Position numbers and translations under genes: made by a program. 32,000 bases of DNA, taken from Fibrobacter succinogenes subsp. succinogenes S85. Lineage in GTDB: Bacteria > Fibrobacterota > Fibrobacteria > Fibrobacterales > Fibrobacteraceae. This document shows, one piece after another, positions 22,244 to 29,595 of this stretch (positions within the stretch are counted from its first letter, which is position 1; each line of letters opens with the position of its first letter). Under the pieces are notes generated by a model. The model made no database searches and was not told where the DNA came from. It saw only the letters and a list, made by a program, of their open reading frames with translations. The stretch lies in the NCBI RefSeq assembly GCF_000146505.1, contig NC_017448.1, positions 2,490,001-2,522,000 of the forward strand. Direction: 5' to 3'.

Positions 22244-24343
22244 ATGAAATTCAGAATCGTTTACGATAAGCCGGGTCGCCTTCGCTTGCGTGCTGGGGCG
22301 TACGCTTTTGAACGTGATTATGAAGCGCGCATTCACAAGGCTTGCTTGAGTGAGCCTTGCGTTAAAAGTGTTGTGGTGCGTAGCGTCAATGGCGGCCTCC
22401 TTTTTGAATATTCCGCCAAGGCGGGCGATTTCGAGACGAGCCGTAAGCAGATTCTTGATTTTGTAAGTGCGCTCAACCCCAAAGAATTGCCTGAATGCGA
22501 TGGTGAAACGGAATACCAGTTGCAAGCTTTGGACGATGGCTTTAAGGCAAGCCTCACGGGAATGATTGCAAGGCGCTATTTGTCGCGTTGGTTTTTACCG
22601 CTTCCGATTCGCACGGCAATTACGGTGGTTCGCGGATTGCGTTATGTGGCTCGCGGAATTTCGACGCTCATGAGCGGAAAGCTCACCGTCGATGTTTTGG
22701 ATGGGGCTGCAATTGGTGCTAGCCTGCTCCAGAAAAATTATGAATCCGCAGGTACGGTCATGTTCCTTTTGGGCGTGTCGGGCTTGCTGGAAGATTACAC
22801 CAAGGCGCGTACGCGCACGGCTTTGACGGGTAGTCTCGCCGTCAAGGTAGATAAGGTCTGGGTCGTAAAAGACGGCGTGGATACTTTGGTAGATATGAAG
22901 GATGTGCAGGTCGATGACTTGGTCCGCATCCGCTCCGGTAGCATGATTCCTGTGGATGGCCGCGTCATGGAAGGCGAAGCCTTTGTGAACGAATCGACGA
23001 TGACGGGTGAATCCAAGGCGGTGATGAAAACTGCCGGCCGAATCGTCTTTGCAGGCACGGTTCTTGAAGAAGGTTCGATTGTGGTCCGCGTGACTGCAGT
23101 GAACAGCAATACGAAAATCCAGAAAATCGTGGAACTGATTGACCGTAGCGAAGACTTGAAGGCGAGCGTGCAGAGCCGTGCGGAACATTTGGCCGATAGC
23201 ATTGTGCCGTTTAGCTTCCTGGGCTTTGGACTTACGCTCTTGTTGACGCAGAATATTTCGCGTGCGGTTTCCATCTTGATGGTGGATTACTCTTGCGCGA
23301 TAAAGCTCTCGACGCCGATTTCCGTGATTTCTGCGCTGCGTGAAGCGGCGGATATGGACATGACGGTGAAGGGCGGCAAGTATTTGGAAGAACTTGCTCT
23401 TGCCGATACGATTGTGTTCGACAAGACGGGAACGCTCACGAAGGCGGAACCGCGTCTTGAAAAGATTATTCCGTTTGGCGAATATTCCGAAAAGCGAATC
23501 TTGAAAATCGCGGCATGCATCGAAGAACATTTCCCGCATAGCATGGCTCGTGCGATTGTGAAGGCCGCAATGGAACGCAATATCAATCACGCCGAAGAAC
23601 ATGCCGATGTGCAGTACATCGTGGCGCACGGTATCGCAACTTCGCTCAAGGGCAAGCGCGTGGTCATCGGAAGCAAGCACTTTGTCATTGAAGATGAAAA
23701 GGTCAATGTTTCCGAAGCGAACCAGGCGATTATTGACGAACAGGCGGGTGCTGCGTCCGTGATTTACCTCGGCATTGGCGGAGAATTGGCGGGTGCCATT
23801 TGCATTGGTGACCCTCCGCGTGAAGAAGCTGCGGATGCCATTCGCGGGCTGCGTGAAAGTGGCATCAAGAATGTGGTGATGCTGACGGGCGATAGCTTGA
23901 ATGCTGCAGAACGCGTTGCGGAACATTTGGGAATCGATACGTTCTTTGCGCAGGTCTTGCCAGAAGACAAGCACCATTATGTGGAACGCATGAAGGCCGA
24001 AGGCAAGCGCGTGATTATGGTGGGCGACGGCATTAATGATGCTCCTGCTCTTGCTGCAGCGAATGTCTCTGTTGCCATGAGCGATGCTTCGGATATTGCC
24101 CGCGAAACAGCCGATGTGACGCTCCGCCGCGAGAATCTCGAAGACCTCGTGGAACTGCGCCTCTTGAGCCAAAAGCTGATGGAACGCATCATGAAGAACT
24201 ACCGCTTTATCATCACGTTCAATACAAGTTTGCTTGTAGGCGGATTCTTCGGTCTGCTTTCTCCGACAACGTCTGCTTTTTTGCACAACGTATCGACCAT
24301 GGGCATTTGCGCAAAAAGCATGACGAAATTAAAAGTGGAGTGA
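22244..24343 (+). CDS. Heavy-metal-type P1B ATPase with an SCA transmembrane motif and no CxxC N-terminal site
   Basis: DKTGTLT phosphorylation motif, TGES actuator motif, MVGDGINDAPAL hinge. The TM motif YSCAIKLSTP aligns with the usual CPCALGLATP. The N-terminal domain (MKFRIVYDKPGRLRLR...) lacks a CxxC pair. Confidence 0.9.
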   Translation: MKFRIVYDKPGRLRLRAGAYAFERDYEARIHKACLSEPCVKSVVVRSVNGGLLFEYSAKAGDFETSRKQILDFVSALNPKELPECDGETEYQLQALDDGFKASLTGMIARRYLSRWFLPLPIRTAITVVRGLRYVARGISTLMSGKLTVDVLDGAAIGASLLQKNYESAGTVMFLLGVSGLLEDYTKARTRTALTGSLAVKVDKVWVVKDGVDTLVDMKDVQVDDLVRIRSGSMIPVDGRVMEGEAFVNESTMTGESKAVMKTAGRIVFAGTVLEEGSIVVRVTAVNSNTKIQKIVELIDRSEDLKASVQSRAEHLADSIVPFSFLGFGLTLLLTQNISRAVSILMVDYSCAIKLSTPISVISALREAADMDMTVKGGKYLEELALADTIVFDKTGTLTKAEPRLEKIIPFGEYSEKRILKIAACIEEHFPHSMARAIVKAAMERNINHAEEHADVQYIVAHGIATSLKGKRVVIGSKHFVIEDEKVNVSEANQAIIDEQAGAASVIYLGIGGELAGAICIGDPPREEAADAIRGLRESGIKNVVMLTGDSLNAAERVAEHLGIDTFFAQVLPEDKHHYVERMKAEGKRVIMVGDGINDAPALAAANVSVAMSDASDIARETADVTLRRENLEDLVELRLLSQKLMERIMKNYRFIITFNTSLLVGGFFGLLSPTTSAFLHNVSTMGICAKSMTKLKVE

Positions 24344-24369
24344 ACGTCATCCCAGTTATTTCTTGTTTT

Positions 24370-24402
24370 AAGTATTCCCTTTGTTTTAGGGAATACTTTT
24401 TT
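24370..24402 (+). terminator. Terminator between the convergent ATPase and Fic genes
   Basis: AAGTATTCCCT (24370-24380), loop TTGTTTT, AGGGAATACTT (24388-24398), with the T-run continuing to 24402. It overlaps the Fic stop codon. Confidence 0.7.
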
Positions 24403-25474
24403 AAATCGATTGCACGATAAATACGTGCCAGGAGCCTTCGTCTTTACCTTTTTCGATATAATGCTTGTCAAGAAGGTGTTGGACGAGCTTTTTAACGGCT
24501 GAAATTTGAATGTTCAGTTTTCGCTGTATATCTGCTAGCGACAATACGGGCTCGCTTTGCATTAATTCCAAAATTTTGCTGTAGTTCGGCGAACGAAACT
24601 CAATGCATTCTCCGTCATACCACCAAATGTTTTCTCCGTGCTTGGTAAGGAATCGGACGTCGGCATCAATTTCTTGCGCAACCATGCTGCGGAAATATTT
24701 GAGGAACGGAGCAATGGCTTTGATGGATGCGTTTGCGCCAGAACTAGGTGCTGCTCCCACCGCTAAATCAGCGGCGTGCAGTGCTTCTAGGTACTCTTCT
24801 TTTTTTCGGCTACGGACCACGACCATGGGGATGTCGTGTTTTGCCAAAATGTAATTGACGAGTAGTCGAGCGATTCGACCGTTGCCGTCTTCGAACGGAT
24901 GAATTCTGATGTAGCGATAGTGAAACAGCGCTGCTAAATCCACAGGCGATAAGTTGCCTTCTTTTTCTGCGTTATTGTACCAATCGACTAGATCTGTCAT
25001 CATCGCGGGCGTTTCTTCTGGGGAGGCGTAGTCGAATCGTTCTCCATATCGTGTGATGACGCTGTTTGGGCGAGTTTTGTATTGCCCTGCATGAACGACA
25101 TACCCGACCTGCATTCCTCCAGGAAGTTCACGATGGACGGAATAGTCCTCGCGCAACAATGTGTGGTGCAAACCTCTAATAAAATTTTGCGTGAGAGGGG
25201 TTTCCTTGACGCGTGACTCCGCGACCATCATCTTGAGCGAAACTTCGCTTGCGACCATTTCCTGCACGCTTCGCACATTCGCTTCGCCGATGACCTTCCC
25301 AAAAAGCAGAAGAATTTCCGTTTGCCCGTAAGTGAGCGTGTTGCCTTCAATGTGGTTGCTGTTGTAGTTGAAATCAACTGAAAAGCGACGGGCAAGACGG
25401 GTCTTGTCCTCTTCTGAAATCGGCTGAAGCGTGTTCCATGCGTTAAGGGCTTTTTCTAGGGTCAGGTATCGCAT
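24401..25474 (-). CDS. Class-II Fic-family protein (AMPylase-type) with a C-terminal winged-helix domain
   Basis: Canonical Fic motif HPFEDGNGRIARLL. Upstream inhibitory-helix motif SNHIEG ([S/T]xxxE[G/N]) in the same polypeptide. C-terminal LSLADIQRKLNIQISAVKKLVQHLLDKHYI wHTH. I prefer the ATG at 25474 (MRYLTLEK) over the TTG at 25519 used in the ORF track. Confidence 0.85.
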   Translation of the reverse strand: MRYLTLEKALNAWNTLQPISEEDKTRLARRFSVDFNYNSNHIEGNTLTYGQTEILLLFGKVIGEANVRSVQEMVASEVSLKMMVAESRVKETPLTQNFIRGLHHTLLREDYSVHRELPGGMQVGYVVHAGQYKTRPNSVITRYGERFDYASPEETPAMMTDLVDWYNNAEKEGNLSPVDLAALFHYRYIRIHPFEDGNGRIARLLVNYILAKHDIPMVVVRSRKKEEYLEALHAADLAVGAAPSSGANASIKAIAPFLKYFRSMVAQEIDADVRFLTKHGENIWWYDGECIEFRSPNYSKILELMQSEPVLSLADIQRKLNIQISAVKKLVQHLLDKHYIEKGKDEGSWHVFIVQSI

Positions 25475-25589
25475 AATTTTAAATATAATTAAAATGTTTG
25501 CGAAAAGGTAGCCGAACAACTACCTTTTTAGCAAAATTTCTTCAAAAATCGTGTCGTAATGGTGGTGTTATACCACTTTTTGTTAATCT

Positions 25590-25618
25590 GGAGATGCCCG
25601 CTCAAGGCTGGCATGACA
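25590..25618. repeat. Degenerate copy of the GATGCCCGC...GCGGGCATGACA hairpin element
   Basis: GGAGATGCCCGCTCAAGGCTGGCATGACA. The same termini occur at 21117-21146 and 29531-29584, but here the stem is eroded. It lies between the Fic gene start and the stop codon of the MMPL gene. Confidence 0.6.
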
Positions 25619-25621
25619 TTG

Positions 25622-27991
25622 TTAGCGGACTTGTTTATTGCGTTTCTCTCTTCCGTAGGGCTTGGTGACGTACACGAGGGCGGTGGTAAGCGTGTAGTCG
25701 GCGACGAGGGCGGCTGCAAGACCGATGATGGAAAGCAATCCGACATTGTGCAGTGCGCCCATCGGGCTGAAGATGAACACGAAGAACATCGCGCAGAGAA
25801 TGAATGTCGTCATGCCCATCGTTTTACCGATTTCGCGGTAAGAGAGTAACAGCGCTTTTTTGTAGCTGCCTGTGCGTTCGTAACCGTATTTGATGTGGTT
25901 GTTCATGTGGATGGTGTCGTCAACGGCAATGCCCAAAATCATCGGCATCACAATCATCGTTATCATGTCAAGCGGCATTCCCGAATAGCCCATGACGCCA
26001 CCGATTAAAAGTACGGGGGCGACGTTTGGAATCATGCCGATGAGACCCGCCTTGATGCTCCCGAATGCGAGAATCATCATGATGGCGATAATCACAAAAG
26101 AGCCTCCGAACGAACGCAACAGTCCATTGACGAGCTTGCCGTTCATTTCAGCGTAGTTTACGACTTCGCCGACGATGGATGTTTTAGCGTCCGGGAAAAT
26201 TTGCGCTGCGTACGATTTCGCGGAATCGAGGTCTTCAACGATTTTCTTGGCGTCGTACCCGGAGAGTTCTATGTGGATAAATGTTGTTTTATAGTCTTCG
26301 TCCATGCGTTCAAAGAGCGCGTCGGCATCTGAAATTTCGTAGAGGAACAGCAGTTGCGTGAGCATGTCCTGTGCGTCGGGAATCTTGTAGTATTCCGTGC
26401 TGTCGGCGTTAAGTGTGCGGTTCATTTCTTTCACGAGTCGCGTTACGGATTGCACACGGGGCTTGTCGCCTGAAATTTTTGTGAGCTGGAGCGTGCCGAG
26501 CTTTTGCTCTAGCGCTTCGATCCGTTTCATGTTGGCGGGATCTTTGAGTGCATCACTTTCGTTGAATTCAATCATTACGTTGAAATCGTAGAGGCTTCCG
26601 AGTTTGCCGCTAAGCATGTCCATAAGCCTTGTGACGAACGGGATTTTTTCGCCCATCGTTTTTGTGTAATCCATGTTTACGTCGATGTTCATCACGCCTG
26701 GAATTTGCGACAACATTATGGCGGCAGAAATGGCGGCTACGATACCGCTGTGCCTGCAAACTTTGCGTCCGAAAAATTCAAAGAGAATGTCTGCCTTGGT
26801 TGCGCCAGCGGCTTTCACTTGTGTTGGGTCGGGCTTTGCGTTCTTACCGAAACTCATGAGAATCGGAATCAAGATGATGACATACAAATAAACCATGAAG
26901 ACGATGCCTGCCGAAATGCCGCCAATCCAGCGGATCGGGCGGATGCCTGCGAACAGGAACGAAATCAGCGAGGCAATGGTAGTGATGACGGTGAAGAGAA
27001 TGGGCCAGCCGGTTTCTTCGACAGCGTTTATCACGGATTCGCGGCGGTTGCCCGTGCGCCTAAAGTGCATGCGGAATGAATTGATGTAATGGATGGAGTA
27101 ACCGACCGAAAGTGCCATGCCCAAAAGTACGGGGAGCGCAACCATGCTTTCGTCGCCGATGATGCCAAGCCAAGCGTTTACGCCGAGAACAGATGCGATT
27201 CCTCCGACGGTGGCGATGGCGGGGACGATGACTCCTCGCAAAGAGCGTACGAATAAAATAAGGCATGCGAGCATAACGGCGAAACCGATACCAATGCGTA
27301 TAGCGCATTCACGCGAGATAACTTCGTTCTCTTCCATTTCGGTGTAGCTCATGCCGGTTGGGAGCATCTCGAACTTGTCGCTTTTGAATTCGTCAGAGAG
27401 AATGACGTTGCGGGCGAAAGGTGCGATGCTGTCTTTGCCGAAATCGATGCCGCCTTCGTACGATTTTAACGAGAGAATGACCCAGGTTTCTTTGGCGTCG
27501 TCAGAGACGATGTTGTTTACCAGCGATTCTCGGCTCATGATGAGTGATTTCTTGGCGGCGAGTTGTGCTGAATCTGCCGGGATGCCGCTTTCGAACGGGT
27601 CGATGACTTCAAAGCCTTCGTTGTTTGCTATAGGGATGGATAAGTTGTGTGTGAGTGAAACAACGCGGTCGGCGTAAGGGACTTCGTTTTCGAGGCGCTT
27701 GGAAAGTCGGTCAATGGCACTTAAAACTTCGGGTGCAAAAACATCGTTAGCACGGACCATCACCATATAGCCGTCATCGCTGCCGAAAACGTCATTGAAG
27801 TGCGCTTGGTCGATTTTGACTTTGTCCCAATCGTCAAACCATTCTTCTTCGCTGCTGGTCATTTGCAGTTGCGGAAGTCCGAGGCATGCGGCGAGAGTCA
27901 CAAGAATTGTTACAAGTAAAATCAGCCAACGAAATTTAACTTGAAAACGCCCCAGACGGGCGAAAACTTTATTAACGCGAGAAACTTGCAT
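25622..27991 (-). CDS. MMPL/RND-superfamily exporter (COG1033-like, 12-TM with two large periplasmic loops)
   Basis: 789 aa. One N-terminal TM segment followed by a large soluble loop, then a 5-TM bundle; this pattern is repeated twice. GxxxD-rich TM segments (MILGIAVDDTIH, LGMALSVGYSIH) are typical of RND/MMPL proteins. Confidence 0.8.
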   Translation of the reverse strand: MQVSRVNKVFARLGRFQVKFRWLILLVTILVTLAACLGLPQLQMTSSEEEWFDDWDKVKIDQAHFNDVFGSDDGYMVMVRANDVFAPEVLSAIDRLSKRLENEVPYADRVVSLTHNLSIPIANNEGFEVIDPFESGIPADSAQLAAKKSLIMSRESLVNNIVSDDAKETWVILSLKSYEGGIDFGKDSIAPFARNVILSDEFKSDKFEMLPTGMSYTEMEENEVISRECAIRIGIGFAVMLACLILFVRSLRGVIVPAIATVGGIASVLGVNAWLGIIGDESMVALPVLLGMALSVGYSIHYINSFRMHFRRTGNRRESVINAVEETGWPILFTVITTIASLISFLFAGIRPIRWIGGISAGIVFMVYLYVIILIPILMSFGKNAKPDPTQVKAAGATKADILFEFFGRKVCRHSGIVAAISAAIMLSQIPGVMNIDVNMDYTKTMGEKIPFVTRLMDMLSGKLGSLYDFNVMIEFNESDALKDPANMKRIEALEQKLGTLQLTKISGDKPRVQSVTRLVKEMNRTLNADSTEYYKIPDAQDMLTQLLFLYEISDADALFERMDEDYKTTFIHIELSGYDAKKIVEDLDSAKSYAAQIFPDAKTSIVGEVVNYAEMNGKLVNGLLRSFGGSFVIIAIMMILAFGSIKAGLIGMIPNVAPVLLIGGVMGYSGMPLDMITMIVMPMILGIAVDDTIHMNNHIKYGYERTGSYKKALLLSYREIGKTMGMTTFILCAMFFVFIFSPMGALHNVGLLSIIGLAAALVADYTLTTALVYVTKPYGREKRNKQVR

Positions 27992-28042
27992 GTTTCCTCC
28001 CCAAAAATTTTGCCCGAAAATAACATAACGAGTTTTGTTTTT

Positions 28043-28139
28043 CTACTCCATTCGGACGCGTTAGGAACAAGTGATGATATAGTATGTGTGGAAAATGTTA
28101 AACGGGGCTAAACTGCGTCTAAATGGAGTAGCTTTTTTT
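28043..28139 (+). promoter_or_regulatory. Long-range stem plus T7 run in the 5-prime leader of the ECF transporter operon (candidate riboswitch or attenuator)
   Basis: CTACTCCATT-CG-GACGC (28043-28059) pairs with GCGTC-TA-AATGGAGTAG (28115-28131) and encloses 55 nt. It is followed by CTTTTTTT (28132-28139). The S-component start lies about 27 nt downstream. Confidence 0.4.
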
Positions 28140-28165
28140 GTGGGATTTTTCAAGTTTTGGCGGCT

Positions 28166-28771
28166 ATGAGAACTACTGGTAAAAAATCTTCGAATACATT
28201 GGTGCGTGACCTCGTGAACGTGGGCATTTTTGGTGCACTTTACCTTGTTCTTTCTGGACTTGGAGCGAGCATCGGTTTTATTCCTGCGTTTATTGTGGTT
28301 TCTACATGCGTAGTGAGCTTGGTGACGAGCGTCCCGCTGTTCCTTTTCTTTTCGAAAGTGGAAAGGCCTTTACTTTGCTGTGTGCTACTTTGCACGCTTT
28401 TCGGCGTTGTCATGACAATTTCTGGTCATGGAATTTCTTTTGGTTTACTTTGTGTGATATATGGCGTTTTGGCGGGCCTTTGCTTAAAGCTGTTCCATAA
28501 AAATTTTGTCGGTTGCCTGCTTGCTAATGTGATGATTAGTTTTGTACCTTCTTCGATGATGATTCCGCTTTGGTTCTCGACCGAAGAATATTTGGCATAT
28601 TGCAGTTCTGTTTGTGATAGCGCCTATATCGCTCATTTGGCGGAACTCTCGAGCAGCTATTGGCCTTTGATTGGACTTTTTGGCTTTGGTGCCGCAGGTG
28701 CTGTGGTGGGTGGTTTTATTGCTCGTCGCATGATGAAAAAGCATTTTGAACGCATCGGACTTGCAAAATAG
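28166..28771 (+). CDS. MptD/Trep_Strep-family ECF transporter S component
   Basis: LVRDLVNVGIFGALYLVLSGLGASIGFIPAF...TISGHG matches the recalled MptD (TIGR02185-type) S-component pattern. About 6 TM segments. Followed by EcfT and a fused double ATPase. I prefer the ATG at 28166 over the TTG at 28157. Confidence 0.7.
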   Translation: MRTTGKKSSNTLVRDLVNVGIFGALYLVLSGLGASIGFIPAFIVVSTCVVSLVTSVPLFLFFSKVERPLLCCVLLCTLFGVVMTISGHGISFGLLCVIYGVLAGLCLKLFHKNFVGCLLANVMISFVPSSMMIPLWFSTEEYLAYCSSVCDSAYIAHLAELSSSYWPLIGLFGFGAAGAVVGGFIARRMMKKHFERIGLAK

Positions 28772-29522
28772 CGTCATTGCGAGGAACGAAGTGACGAAGC
28801 AATCTAGGAATCTTGCGTTTGCATTAGACCCGCGGACAAAACTGTTTTTAGCGGCGGTGGCAAATGGTATGATTTTTTCCGCTCCGCTAGTTTATAGCTT
28901 GTTGATGGTTGTTGTAGCGTCTATTTTACTTTTGCTTGAGGGAAAGTGGAAATTTGTTTGCGCTTTCTTTTTTGTTTATTTGACTGCTGGTTTTTTCTTT
29001 GATTTTGTGAAAAATTTGGATATTGGTACCTCGGGTACGATAATTCTTGCGTCGTTGTTTTTGATGTACCGTATTATGCCGGCCTGCGCTGTGCTTTATT
29101 ATGTGATAACAACTACCAAGGTCAATGAATTTTTGGCATGCATGTCGCGAATGCATGTTTCGAACAAGGTGACGATACCCTTGATTGTGATGATTCGATT
29201 TTTCCCGACGGTGTATGATGAGTCCCGTGCGATTGGCAATGCAATGCGAATGCGCGGAATCCGCTTGTTCAGTTTGCGGACTTTAAAAAATCCGGTGGCG
29301 TTTCTTGAATATCGGCTAGTTCCGCTTTTGGTTTCTATTACGAAAATTGGCGATGAACTTTCGATTGCGGCGGTGACGCGTGGACTCTCGACGGATACGA
29401 AACGCACTTGCGTTGCAACGATTGGATTCTGCTGGGCGGATGCTGTTGTGTGCGCTTATTGTATTGTAGTTGTTTTGTTTTATGTCATTCCCGGTTTAAC
29501 CGGGAATCTCCCTTCCGTATAG
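28746..29522 (+). CDS. ecfT: ECF transporter T component (CbiQ/EcfT family)
   Basis: LDPRTKLFLAAV N-terminal motif, 5-6 TM segments and the conserved ARG-type coupling helices (AIGNAMRMRG). The start is uncertain: TTG at 28746 or GTG at 28791, both inside or next to the hairpin repeat. The last 13 codons are encoded by another repeat copy. Confidence 0.75.
   Translation: MNASDLQNSVIARNEVTKQSRNLAFALDPRTKLFLAAVANGMIFSAPLVYSLLMVVVASILLLLEGKWKFVCAFFFVYLTAGFFFDFVKNLDIGTSGTIILASLFLMYRIMPACAVLYYVITTTKVNEFLACMSRMHVSNKVTIPLIVMIRFFPTVYDESRAIGNAMRMRGIRLFSLRTLKNPVAFLEYRLVPLLVSITKIGDELSIAAVTRGLSTDTKRTCVATIGFCWADAVVCAYCIVVVLFYVIPGLTGNLPSV
28773..28805. repeat. GTCAT-anchored hairpin repeat (GTCATTGC...GCAATC type) at the S-component/EcfT junction
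   Basis: GTCATTGCGAGGAACGAAGTGACGAAGCAATCT. A sister copy, GTCATTGCGAGCGAAGCGAAGCAATCC, lies at 30436-30462. Confidence 0.75.
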
Positions 29523-29584
29523 CATTGAAAAGGAGATGCCCGCTTACTTCGGCTTTGCTCAGCACAGGCTCTGGCGGGCATGAC
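29483..29584. repeat. Composite REP-like element (same two-hairpin architecture as 21073-21146)
   Basis: GTCATTCCCGGtttaaCCGGGAATCTCC at 29483-29510, and GGAGATGCCCGC...(31-nt loop)...GCGGGCATGACA at 29531-29584. It spans the ecfT stop codon and ends 11 nt before the ATPase start. Confidence 0.8.
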
Positions 29585-29595
29585 AAGGTGGAAAA

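Noticed and set aside
22595-24286. 563-aa ORF on the minus strand
   Set aside because: It is antisense to the P-type ATPase, which has DKTGTLT, TGES and GDGINDAP motifs. The product has no recognisable motifs and an Arg/His-rich composition, so it is a shadow ORF.
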